The notes under the pieces were generated by a model. It did no database searches and was not told where the DNA came from. It saw only the letters and a list, made by a program, of their open reading frames with translations. A stretch of 64,000 bases of DNA, from the NCBI GenBank assembly GCA_030536685.1, contig JAUNPP010000003.1, forward strand, positions 706 to 64,705. Reading direction: 5' to 3'. Position 1 is the first letter of the stretch, and every line of letters begins with the position of its first letter. Shown here one piece after another: positions 37,045-45,975 of the stretch. The stretch is from Lachnospiraceae bacterium. GTDB lineage: Bacteria > Bacillota > Clostridia > Lachnospirales > Lachnospiraceae. The position numbers were made by a program, and so were the translations under genes.

Positions 37045-37060
37045 AAAAAGTCCTCCGATT

Positions 37061-37187
37061 ATTCAGAACCAGACGGGAGATCATTCCCAAAAGTTTTTGC
37101 TTTTTTTCTGATATTCAGCTTAAATCTGTACTATTCAAAATCAGACAGGAGATCATTCCCGAAAATCTTTGCTTTTTTCCTGATATT
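37061..37187. repeat. 55-bp direct repeat x2 with a 17-bp spacer, filling the gap between the two hydro-lyase subunit genes
   Basis: ATTCAGAACCAGACGGGAGATCATTCCCAAAAGTTTTTGCTTTTTTTCTGATATT (37061-37115) versus ATTCAAAATCAGACAGGAGATCATTCCCGAAAATCTTTGCTTTTTTCCTGATATT (37133-37187). Confidence 0.85.
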
Positions 37188-38039
37188 TTAAATTACAGCT
37201 GTGCGGTGTCTGCAGACATGACAGCACATATTGACCGCTACGGGAAGACCCGCAATGTGGGTTGCAAAGGTTTCAATATTCACCGCAAGCGCTGTGGTTT
37301 TACCGCCAAGTCCTGCGGGGCCGATGCCTGAGCGGTTGATTGCTTCCAGTAATTCTTCTTCCAGTTCGGCTATGTGAGGCAGCAAAGAGTGAGAGCCGAC
37401 TTCTCTGGTCAGAGCATGTTTCGACATAATGGCAGCCTTTTCAAAATCACCGCCGATTCCGACACCGATCACAAAAGGAGGGCAGGCATTGGGGCCGGCT
37501 TCTAAAACAGTGGAGAGAATGGCCTTTTTAACGCCTTCGATACCGTCAGCCGGTTTCAGCATAAAAAGTCTGCTCATGTTTTCGCTGCCGAATCCTTTGG
37601 GAGCAGCTTTTATCGTAATCTGATTGCCGGGAACAATACTGGTGTGAAGAATCGCAGGTGTGTTATCGTTGGTATTCACACGCAGCAGAGGATCAGACAC
37701 AACCGATTTGCGCAGGTAGCCTTCTATATAAGCCTCGCGGACGCCCTCGTTCACCGCATCAGCCAGATTATCGCCTGTGATGTGAACATCCTGTCCGATC
37801 TCCATAAATAAAATCGCCATACCGGTGTCCTGGCAGATTGGAATCAGCTGTTCCTTTGCAATATCCATATTGGTCAGCAGATCTCCCAGAATCTTTTTGC
37901 CAAGAACTTCGGTTTCCCTTGTCTCAGCCTGGCGGATCGCTTCCTGCATATCATCCGTCAGAACATAGTTGGCATCGCAAAACAGCTTTTTTATAGTTTC
38001 TTTAATTAAATCAGTATGAATAATGCGTAATTCTTCCAT
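37188..38039 (-). CDS. Fe-S hydro-lyase alpha subunit (class I fumarate hydratase / tartrate dehydratase type)
   Basis: Cluster-ligand context PICQDTGMAILF and NMCCHVCRH. Size 283 aa. Confidence 0.85.
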   Translation of the reverse strand: MEELRIIHTDLIKETIKKLFCDANYVLTDDMQEAIRQAETRETEVLGKKILGDLLTNMDIAKEQLIPICQDTGMAILFMEIGQDVHITGDNLADAVNEGVREAYIEGYLRKSVVSDPLLRVNTNDNTPAILHTSIVPGNQITIKAAPKGFGSENMSRLFMLKPADGIEGVKKAILSTVLEAGPNACPPFVIGVGIGGDFEKAAIMSKHALTREVGSHSLLPHIAELEEELLEAINRSGIGPAGLGGKTTALAVNIETFATHIAGLPVAVNMCCHVCRHRTAVI

Positions 38040-38133
38040 CTGTATATTCTCCGTTTCCTGTAAAACTTCATCGGTTAAAGGTTTATTGGATAATCATACT
38101 CTTATTTATCAATATTATCAATAAAATTTTCAA

Positions 38134-38172
38134 ATTCAAAAAGCACCAGCCTTTTTTCCGACTGGTGCTTTT
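38134..38172 (-). terminator. intrinsic terminator of the URO-D family gene
   Basis: Stem AAAAGCACCAG / CTGGTGCTTTT, with a T5 run on the minus strand. Confidence 0.75.
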
Positions 38173-38261
38173 CGTTTTATCCTGGAATTCGATAAGACTC
38201 CCACTTCTATTATAGGTGGTGAGTTATAAAAAATTCATTCTGTGTAAAGCAGTCTGTTCTA

Positions 38262-39257
38262 TCAGAACATTTCAGCGCTCATTTTGTCGATTTCTTTATC
38301 TACTGCGGGATATACCTCGGGGAAGGTGGAGAAACTTAATCCGTGTGATGTACAGGGGATAAAATGCAGTTTTCCGCAGTCTCTGCAGAGCTGGTCAGTT
38401 TCCTGAGCGATCAGTTCCTGTGTCCAGTCCTCTTTATCTACAATACCGTTATCGATACCGCCCATAAATGTGATATCTTTACCGTATTTTTTGATCAGTT
38501 CAGGGAGATTGTTAACGGACATGCAGCCCTGCCATACATCGATTCCCATTTCGATCATAGACGGAACGTAGGTTGCGCTGTAACTGTCATTGTGGTGGAT
38601 AACCAGCTGTACTCCATGTTCATGGTAGTATTTGTAAATTCTTGTATAAGGTTCAAGGAAGAATTCACGGAACATGTCTACGCTCATAAATGTGGAGCGC
38701 TGTGTTCCCCAGTCGTCGTGATGGAAGAGAACGTCAGGTTTCATATAGGTGCAGATCTGTTCAGCCCATTTGAGCTCCCATTCTGTGACATATTCGATTA
38801 GTTCGTGCATTGCTTCGGGCTCTTCATAAAAATTGATCAGAGCAGTCTGAATTTCACAGAGATAGTGGCACATTTCAAAGAGGCCGGGTGCGACAAAGGC
38901 AGCGACCAGTTTTTCGTTGCGGTCAACTTTGGCTACATCTTCCTGGCACTGTTTCCAGTCTTCGGCTGTGTAATCGATATTGGGCGCTTTTACATATTCT
39001 TTCCATCTGGTGACATCGGGGCAAACAAGATGCTCTTTATCATGCAGAGGGAATGCGCCGGGAGTGCCAGCGGGCCATGAGTTGGTATATCCCCATGCAC
39101 ATTTAACAGGGTCGGCGCCAGGGCCTTCAGGCATTAAAGGGTACTGAAGTGCGTAGGGCGTAGACATTACGAACTCAATTGCTTCGTACTGTTTTACAAA
39201 ACGATCAGGGTTTCCGCCGCGAATTGTTTCTAACATGTTTTGTCTTTTTGTTAACAT
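38262..39257 (-). CDS. uroporphyrinogen decarboxylase (URO-D) family protein, possible methylcobamide-dependent methyltransferase
   Basis: 331 aa. The URO-D/MtaA-like length and blocks are recognised only loosely. The family call is from memory. Confidence 0.6.
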   Translation of the reverse strand: MLTKRQNMLETIRGGNPDRFVKQYEAIEFVMSTPYALQYPLMPEGPGADPVKCAWGYTNSWPAGTPGAFPLHDKEHLVCPDVTRWKEYVKAPNIDYTAEDWKQCQEDVAKVDRNEKLVAAFVAPGLFEMCHYLCEIQTALINFYEEPEAMHELIEYVTEWELKWAEQICTYMKPDVLFHHDDWGTQRSTFMSVDMFREFFLEPYTRIYKYYHEHGVQLVIHHNDSYSATYVPSMIEMGIDVWQGCMSVNNLPELIKKYGKDITFMGGIDNGIVDKEDWTQELIAQETDQLCRDCGKLHFIPCTSHGLSFSTFPEVYPAVDKEIDKMSAEMF

Positions 39258-39438
39258 AAATTACCTCCCACTCGTTCAAAATAGCTTATAGAAATTTTGA
39301 ATCCTTTTTTAAAAAACGTTGCTTTTTTCTTATGAAACCATTATATTGAAAGAAAATAAAAATGTAAACTCCGTAATTTGCTGAAATTTCAGGACAAATA
39401 TTAGTATAAAATATAGGATAGAAAGGAAAGATTGTATT

Positions 39439-40977
39439 TTGAAACTTTCTTTAACACTGATACGTGACTGGCTGGAGGATTATGATGGCGTTTTGATACG
39501 CACAAATCAGAGCGAAGGTGAAAAAAGCTGGTACCAGGTGATGTATTATGATGAAAATGAAGAGACCGCGCAGGAGGAAGTTCTTCTTCTGGGGAGAGCG
39601 CAGGATTTTTTGGGAGAGCTGAAGGGAAAAGGGCTTATATCTGTGGGAAAGCCGGCAGATGAGCTTTTGCATGAGAATGATATATTGTATTTTCCGGAAG
39701 ATACTTCGCTTCCGAAGTTGTATTTTGCGATACAGAAAATTTACCTTCGTTTTCAAAAGTGGGAGGATGAGCTGCAGAAGGCGGTGAGAAATGACAGTTC
39801 GCTGGAAGATCTTCTGTATCTGGCTTTCGAGGTTTTTGAAAATTCGATATTTGTGCATGATGAAAATTTCAATCTGCTTGCTATGGTGAATGAGATGCCG
39901 GGGCAGCAGCGCTGGGAGTATGATGCTGTAAAAGGGCGGTACCGTCTGCCGTTTGAAATACTGAATGATTTTAAAGTGAATCCGGATTATCTGGAAAGCA
40001 TGCTTACAGAGGTTCCCTCGCTGTTTTCTGCTGAAACATTCGGCTATCGCATCCTGTATCAGAATTTTTATTTTCAGGGTAAGTACAGGGGGCGGATCTG
40101 TATTAATGAACTGGGAAGAACGCTCAGAGAGAGTGATTTTTATCTGTTGGGGTATTTTTACGGAATTTTGCTGGAAGCATTTCAAATCGGGAAAATGACG
40201 GCTTATCACGGGCAGAATTTTCCGCTTTCCCGCTACCTGGTGCGCCTGATTGAGCATGAATCCATTGACGGGAAAATGCTTGATAAGGTTATGATGGAGT
40301 ACGGATGGACGGTGAGCGATGCCTGCTTTTGCGTATGTCTGTTTCCGGAAGAGAGGGATATTCACATAAATTCCGTACAGTATTATTGTACGGTGCTGTC
40401 AGAACGATTTCAGGATGTGTGTGTATTTACATATGAAAAATCAATTGTAATGCTGGTAAATACGACATTAAATGGGTTGAGCATTTCCGCTTTCAGGAAT
40501 CAGATTGCTGTGCCGCTGCGGGAAAGTCTGATGAAAGCCGGCATCAGCTCGGTCAGTACGGATCTGAAGCAGTTCTATTATATGTATCGCCAGGCTGTGT
40601 GCGCTCTGGAAATGGGAAAAAAGAAGCAGGGGACCTTCTGGAGCTACTGCTTTGACGATTATCAGATGGATTTTATTTTCCAGAATGCTCTGCAAAGCTT
40701 TCCAGCGGCATTTTTGTGCAGCAGGGAATTATTTTATCTGATTGAATATGATAAAAACCATACTTCCAATCTTTACAGGACATTGAAAATCTATCTGGAA
40801 AATGACAGAAATCTGGCGCGGACAGCGGAGCTTTTAAAGGTTCATCGAAGTACGCTGTTATATCGGATCGGAAAGATAAAGGAGCTGATAAAAGTGAATC
40901 TGGAGGATTTCGAGATACGGTTCCGGCTTTTGCTTTCCATCAGATTGTTTGAAGAACAGGGCGGCAGAGCTGTTTGA
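39439..40977 (+). CDS. PucR/CdaR family transcriptional regulator
   Basis: C-terminal PucR HTH LARTAELLKVHRSTLLYRIGKIKELI. The start (TTG at 39439) is uncertain. Confidence 0.8.
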   Translation: MKLSLTLIRDWLEDYDGVLIRTNQSEGEKSWYQVMYYDENEETAQEEVLLLGRAQDFLGELKGKGLISVGKPADELLHENDILYFPEDTSLPKLYFAIQKIYLRFQKWEDELQKAVRNDSSLEDLLYLAFEVFENSIFVHDENFNLLAMVNEMPGQQRWEYDAVKGRYRLPFEILNDFKVNPDYLESMLTEVPSLFSAETFGYRILYQNFYFQGKYRGRICINELGRTLRESDFYLLGYFYGILLEAFQIGKMTAYHGQNFPLSRYLVRLIEHESIDGKMLDKVMMEYGWTVSDACFCVCLFPEERDIHINSVQYYCTVLSERFQDVCVFTYEKSIVMLVNTTLNGLSISAFRNQIAVPLRESLMKAGISSVSTDLKQFYYMYRQAVCALEMGKKKQGTFWSYCFDDYQMDFIFQNALQSFPAAFLCSRELFYLIEYDKNHTSNLYRTLKIYLENDRNLARTAELLKVHRSTLLYRIGKIKELIKVNLEDFEIRFRLLLSIRLFEEQGGRAV

Positions 40978-41059
40978 AAAATGAACAGCTCTGATTTTTA
41001 AAATCAGAAAAAAGCACCAACCCCCAGCTCTTACGTCTGAAAATTGATGCTTTTATGAG

Positions 41060-41132
41060 TGCACCTTCAGGGGCTCGAACCCTGGACACCCTGATTAAGA
41101 GTCAGGTGCTCTACCAACTGAGCTAAAGGTGC
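41060..41132 (-). tRNA. tRNA-Lys (anticodon CUU), no encoded CCA
   Basis: Hand-folded cloverleaf: acceptor GCACCTT/AAGGTGC, D arm GCTC-AGTTGGTA-GAGC, anticodon loop CTCTTAA, T arm CAGGG-TTCGAGC-CCCTG, discriminator A. Confidence 0.95.
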
Positions 41133-41433
41133 GTCCACATATGTCAAAATTTGTTGTAATTATTGTACGCTTATACTAACATAGAGACTTTTAAAAATCA
41201 AGACTTTATTTACGAAAAATTAGTTAAAAATTTATATTTTGTTAATAAATGTAAAATTGTTTAAAAAAATGGATGTTTTTTGGATAATTTGAGACTTGAA
41301 AAGACGGCAAGTCGGACAAAACTTATACGGATTAAAGAAAACTTATGAAGAGAATTTATGGAAAATGATAAAGAAAACTGATATAAATGAAACTGATACG
41401 AAAAAAGCACCAGCTATATGCTGATGCTTCCAG

Positions 41434-41506
41434 TGCACCTTCAGGGGCTCGAACCCTGGACACCCTGATTAAGAGTCAGGTGCTCTACCAACTGAGCTAA
41501 AGGTGC
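41434..41506 (-). tRNA. tRNA-Lys (anticodon CUU), identical second copy
   Basis: 73/73 identical to 41060-41132. It has its own downstream terminator hairpin AGCATCAGC/GCTGGTGCT plus a T6 run. Confidence 0.95.
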
Positions 41507-41710
41507 GTTTTTTGTGCTTGTTGTTTGCTTATCGCTCACAACAAACACTATTATAATACGATTTCCAAAAATGTCAATAGATATTTTGAAAAAAAATAAA
41601 AAATATATATTTTAAAAAAAATTTAAAAAAAGCTTTTCTTGCATAGCACCGGGATTATGGATATAATGAGAATAAAAACTGGATTTGGAAAGGATTTGAT
41701 TTGTTTTACG

Positions 41711-42946
41711 ATGAAAAAAGTTGACAATGAAGCAGAACATGAGAAAAAAGATGGCGTCAGTGGTCTGAACCGCTTTGTTTCAAATAGTAAATATTTTACA
41801 ATTAGTATTTATACTGTTATAACCGTGCTTGCCTGCGCAGTGATCGTAAGAGCTATTTTTATGTGGGAGGCGACCAGAGAGGCAATCAGCAGCCTGGTAA
41901 ACTGGTCATTTCCGTATCTGCTGGGAATTTTTCTGGCTTGCCTGTTATATCCGCTTGTTGTTTTTGTTGAGCAGAATCTGTTTAAAAATCTGCCGGAGAA
42001 CCGTAAAAAGCTTGGCAGGGGGCTGTCTATCCTGATTACATACATGATGTTTCTGGGAGTGATCGTGCTTGTGATCGGGGTTATTATTCCCCAGGTATGG
42101 CAGAGTATTCTGGATATGGCTTCTGTAATACCTTCCTGGTATCAGAAATCCATGCAGGTGCTGGTTAAGCTGAATGAGGATATCCCGGATTTTGATTTTA
42201 ATTTTGTTACACAGAAATTTCAGGAGTTTGGAAATTCATTTTTATCAAGCTCCAGTCTGCAGGATAAGCTTCAGAGTATTTTTATGACGGTGGTATCCAC
42301 TTCGGTATCTGTAGTATCCGTTTTTCTGAATACGATTATTGCATTGATCGTTTCTATTTATCTGCTTGTGGATTTGAACAGAATCGGCAATGCTTCCCGG
42401 AGAGTGCTTCTGTCTTTTGTATCGGAAGAGATGGCTGATAAGATCGGCCGGGTTTCCGGAGAATGTTATAGTATTTTTTCCAGCTTCGTTTCCGGAAAGA
42501 TGCTGGATTCACTGATCATCGGAATTTTATGCTTTATTGCGATGAGCATTCTGAAGCTGCCGTATGCGCTGGTTATCAGTGTGGTGGTTGGCGTGACGAA
42601 TATGATCCCGTATTTTGGTCCGTTTATAGGAGCAGTTCCGGGTGGATTTATTTTGCTGATGGTTTCTCCTGTGAAGATGCTGGTTTATCTTCTTCTGATC
42701 CTGGTACTGCAGCAGTTCGACGGCCTGTATCTGGGCCCGAAGATTTTGGGCGATTCTACCGGGTTGAGGCCTGCCTGGATTATCTTTTCGGTATCAGCCG
42801 GAGGCGCGGTCTGCGGCGTTCTGGGTATGTTTATCGGAGTGCCGGTTGTTGCAGTAATCGGTCATCTGGTTAATATATGGATCAATTCCCGACTGGAAAA
42901 AAGAAACGCACGGCAGAGCAGAGCGGAAAAGAACATTACAGATTAA
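41711..42946 (+). CDS. AI-2E family transporter (PerM/UPF0118)
   Basis: 8-TM protein with the recalled C-terminal block NMIPYFGPFIGAVPG. The start is uncertain (ATG at 41711; upstream alternatives at 41657 and 41666). Confidence 0.8.
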   Translation: MKKVDNEAEHEKKDGVSGLNRFVSNSKYFTISIYTVITVLACAVIVRAIFMWEATREAISSLVNWSFPYLLGIFLACLLYPLVVFVEQNLFKNLPENRKKLGRGLSILITYMMFLGVIVLVIGVIIPQVWQSILDMASVIPSWYQKSMQVLVKLNEDIPDFDFNFVTQKFQEFGNSFLSSSSLQDKLQSIFMTVVSTSVSVVSVFLNTIIALIVSIYLLVDLNRIGNASRRVLLSFVSEEMADKIGRVSGECYSIFSSFVSGKMLDSLIIGILCFIAMSILKLPYALVISVVVGVTNMIPYFGPFIGAVPGGFILLMVSPVKMLVYLLLILVLQQFDGLYLGPKILGDSTGLRPAWIIFSVSAGGAVCGVLGMFIGVPVVAVIGHLVNIWINSRLEKRNARQSRAEKNITD

Positions 42947-43072
42947 TAAATCTTAAAAAAAGATGTATAAGAAGATATAAAAGAAGAGATTTCAAACCGG
43001 AAATAAAGAAGAAACATTATTAAAACGGCGGTTAGGGCGTCGGTGCTATATGATGCGCAGTTGGAGGAGCGA

Positions 43073-44563
43073 ATGGAGGAGAAAAATCGGTTCAGCAGTC
43101 TTTTGGAGCAGCTGATGTCAGTTGCCGAATTGAAAAATTATACCCTTGCACAGGAATTACAGTATGACGTGTCCTATATCAGCAAGTGGGTAAGCGGTCG
43201 GATGATACCGGCGGAGAAAACGGAGAAAAAGGTTTTGCAGGGAATCAGCCGCTGTATTGTAACGGCAACGGATGTGGAAGGGCAGGAAAAGCTGCTTCAC
43301 GACTATCATGTGGACAATCTTCAGGAACTGGAGATGGCAATCTACGATAATCTGGAGGCAGAATATAATTATGTAAAGGATTTGCAGAAGAATACGGGAA
43401 CAACGGTATCGCCAAAGACCTTCTATTATATAGAACTGACATTGCCGCAGTTTATTTCCAAGATGCGCCATCCTGTTCTGAGAAGGGTAAAATCTCTGGA
43501 TATTATGGCGGCTATGGATCTGATGGCGATGAATCATGAATATCGCCTGCAGATTGTAAGTATTGAAAATGGACATTTGTCCGATCAGAGAATGTACCCG
43601 GACGTTCATTTTTCTTTATTGATGAATCTGGAGTTTTCAGAATGGGATTATGTTTACGATACAATATTTCTGATCAATATGCTTACGAATTTTACCCATA
43701 TTGATTTTCAGCTGTATGGAGGAAAACAGGCCTGCGGAAGGTCGATATTTACGGTAAAGGATGATTTTGCAATTTCAGGGATGCTGATGGGGCATAACCG
43801 CTGCGTGTCAGTGGCAGTCAGTGAGGATGCGGATAACTGTAACGTGCTTTATTACGGTGTAAAAGCCTTCTGCAGCCGTGAGCAGCTGCTGTTCCGCAAG
43901 ACGACGATGCGGGAAATGCTGATCAAATATGATTATGTACATACCTTACTGTCTCCGAATCCGAGATGGCTGGTTGGTCATATGACAGAGCATTTTCTTC
44001 CGGATGACCTGTTTGAGGAAATTCTGGAACAGCTGGCTGATTCGGACGAGAGTCTGAAGGACACTGTATTTACAATGGAAGATCTGCGGAGCGTTCATTG
44101 TCTGAACCGGAACATTCTGGAAGAGTCTAAAGTCCGGGTTATGATCTATGAATCGGCATTTTCCAGTCTGGCTGTATCGGATGAACTGGATTTTTACAAT
44201 TATAAAGTGCATTTATCAGTCAATCAGCGTCTTCGTTACATGGAGCATCTTCTTGATTTGTGTATGAATCAGGAGAATCTGGAAGTGAAGCTGGTTTATG
44301 GACGTTTTGTATCGGATTTTCAGTATATTGCCGACCAGTGCGTATTTCTCTCGGATGTGATTTCCTATCTGCGGCTGGATAACAGCAGTGACCGGAACAA
44401 TCTGGTTATCATAAACAGAGCTGATATGCAGAATGTGTTTGATCAGTTTTATGAGGAAATCTGGAATAAATGTGAAGATGTTGTAGTTTCGGATAAGGCT
44501 GCGGTTGATACCTATATCAGACATGTGATGCAGGGAATCCGTCTGATCTCCCGTATGGAATAG
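43073..44563 (+). CDS. 496-aa protein with an N-terminal HTH-like segment, function unknown
   Basis: GGAGGAG SD. The N-terminus LKNYTLAQELQYDVSYISKWVSG looks like an XRE-type HTH. I do not recognise the remaining 430 aa. Confidence 0.6.
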   Translation: MEEKNRFSSLLEQLMSVAELKNYTLAQELQYDVSYISKWVSGRMIPAEKTEKKVLQGISRCIVTATDVEGQEKLLHDYHVDNLQELEMAIYDNLEAEYNYVKDLQKNTGTTVSPKTFYYIELTLPQFISKMRHPVLRRVKSLDIMAAMDLMAMNHEYRLQIVSIENGHLSDQRMYPDVHFSLLMNLEFSEWDYVYDTIFLINMLTNFTHIDFQLYGGKQACGRSIFTVKDDFAISGMLMGHNRCVSVAVSEDADNCNVLYYGVKAFCSREQLLFRKTTMREMLIKYDYVHTLLSPNPRWLVGHMTEHFLPDDLFEEILEQLADSDESLKDTVFTMEDLRSVHCLNRNILEESKVRVMIYESAFSSLAVSDELDFYNYKVHLSVNQRLRYMEHLLDLCMNQENLEVKLVYGRFVSDFQYIADQCVFLSDVISYLRLDNSSDRNNLVIINRADMQNVFDQFYEEIWNKCEDVVVSDKAAVDTYIRHVMQGIRLISRME

Positions 44564-44611
44564 AAGACGGTGGGAGCCACCGTCCTCTGTTTAACTGGGC
44601 TGTTTTGTTTA

Positions 44612-44690
44612 ATTGGTTTGTGCTGTTAGCCCTGTTGGCTCGGCTTGACCGGTTGATTGGTTTGTGCTGTTGGCTCGGTTTGCTCGGGCT
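44612..44690. repeat. imperfect tandem repeat of about 44 bp x2 between convergent genes
   Basis: ATTGGTTTGTGCTGTT at 44612 and 44656. CTGTTGGCTCGG at 44632 and 44667. Confidence 0.7.
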
Positions 44691-44701
44691 GCCGAATGGG
44701 C

Positions 44702-45760
44702 TTACTGCAGCATGTCTGCGGCACAGGGAAGTCCGTGGAAGGCTTTTGTGTGCAGGACAGCGTTTTTAACGGCCTGTGCCATGACACGGGAAGCGAGCGT
44801 TCCCACGACGTTGATGTCTGCTTCGAGAGCGCCGGTGGAGAGTGCGTAGATGGTATCTCCGTCGTTCATGGTGTGAACGGGGCGAATAGAGCGGGCGTAG
44901 CCGTTTTGTGCAAAGGAGGCAATTTTATTGAGCCTGGATTTGTCAAAACGTGCATTGGTAATGATACATCCGATAGTTGTATTGGTTACGCCTGTGACAC
45001 TTGTGGTATTTGTGGCATCTGCGGCATCTGCTTCGGAGGCGGTTTCAGAAGAAGCGCTTTGTGAGGCCTGCGCATACCGGGAGTACATGGCGTACATTGC
45101 TTTTTCGCTGTCGGCGAAATGTTTTTTGTCAGGGGTCAGCATTCCTGCGAGAATCTGATTTGTCTCCTCGTCATAGACATCTCCGCAGGCATTAACGGAA
45201 ACAATGGCGCCTACTTTTAAATCTCCCAGCTGCAGGGCATACATGCCAAGGCCGGAATTCATAGCGCAGTTCGGTCCGCCCAGCTTGCCGACTGTTGCAC
45301 CGCAGCCTGCACCTGTATTTCCCTCTTCGGGGCGGTTTTTCTGTGCAGCTTCACAGGCTTTTCGAGCCATTGCTTTATCCGGCTTTACCTTATCGGATAC
45401 AAAAAGAAGATCGAAAATACAGGATTGCACTACGAGCGGAACGTGAACATTTCCCACTTCAAAGCCAATTCCTTTTTCTGCCAGATATTCCATAACACCT
45501 CCGGCTGCATCGAGGCCGAAAGCGCTGCCTCCGCTTAATAAAACGGCATGTACTGCCTGACAGGCGGCAGACGGATTTAATAATTCTGTCTCACGTGAGG
45601 CAGGGCCGCCGCCGCGCACATCAACACCTGCAGGTGCGCCCTGTTCACAGAGAATTACTGTACAGCCGGTGGCATGTTCTGTATCTTCTGCATTTCCTAT
45701 TTTTACATTTTCAATTTCCCATAAGGGGATTTCTTTTAATAAAGGACTGTATTCACTCAT
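44702..45760 (-). CDS. P1/S58 (DmpA-like) family aminopeptidase
   Basis: HATGCTVILC, GGGPASRETELL, LLSGGSAFGLDAAGGV, and autoprocessing-type NTTIGCIITNA. AGGAGGAG SD before the ATG at 45760. Confidence 0.8.
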   Translation of the reverse strand: MSEYSPLLKEIPLWEIENVKIGNAEDTEHATGCTVILCEQGAPAGVDVRGGGPASRETELLNPSAACQAVHAVLLSGGSAFGLDAAGGVMEYLAEKGIGFEVGNVHVPLVVQSCIFDLLFVSDKVKPDKAMARKACEAAQKNRPEEGNTGAGCGATVGKLGGPNCAMNSGLGMYALQLGDLKVGAIVSVNACGDVYDEETNQILAGMLTPDKKHFADSEKAMYAMYSRYAQASQSASSETASEADAADATNTTSVTGVTNTTIGCIITNARFDKSRLNKIASFAQNGYARSIRPVHTMNDGDTIYALSTGALEADINVVGTLASRVMAQAVKNAVLHTKAFHGLPCAADMLQ

Positions 45761-45852
45761 ATTTTCTCCTCCTGTAACGGTTTGTTCTACCAGAATGATA
45801 GTTGTTCCTGTATTTAACAGTATCGTAACACTCCTTTTCGCGAAATACAATG

Positions 45853-45900
45853 AAATTCTGAACAGCTGTGGGAGAATAGACGCATGAGTCTGACGATTTT
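45853..45900. repeat. second copy of the 46-bp tail module seen at 6254-6300
   Basis: Roughly 85 percent identity over about 46 bp, by my own manual alignment. Confidence 0.7.
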
Positions 45901-45947
45901 TAATTGGCTGGCTGCAGTTACGTACGAAAGGAAGTACAAAAATTCAA

Positions 45948-45975
45948 TTGACATTTTTTGACTGATTGTTATAAT
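45948..45975 (+). promoter_or_regulatory. strong promoter ahead of a leader of about 300 nt
   Basis: TTGACA (45948-45953), 16-nt spacer, TGTTATAAT (extended -10, TATAAT at 45970-45975). Confidence 0.7.

Noticed and set aside
39451-40365. 304-aa minus-strand ORF, the longest unexplained ORF in the track.
   Set aside because: - It is entirely antisense to the PucR-family regulator gene, which has a recognisable C-terminal HTH.
- Its translation is a low-complexity I/L/K/F/Q-rich product typical of the reverse strand of AT-rich coding DNA.
- It has no SD.
44657-45064. Cys/Gly-rich 135-aa plus-strand ORF that could be mistaken for a bacteriocin-like peptide precursor.
   Set aside because: - It lies antisense to the S58 peptidase gene and to the preceding tandem-repeat spacer.
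- The Cys richness comes from GCA/ACA-rich sense codons in the low-complexity insert.
- It has no SD.
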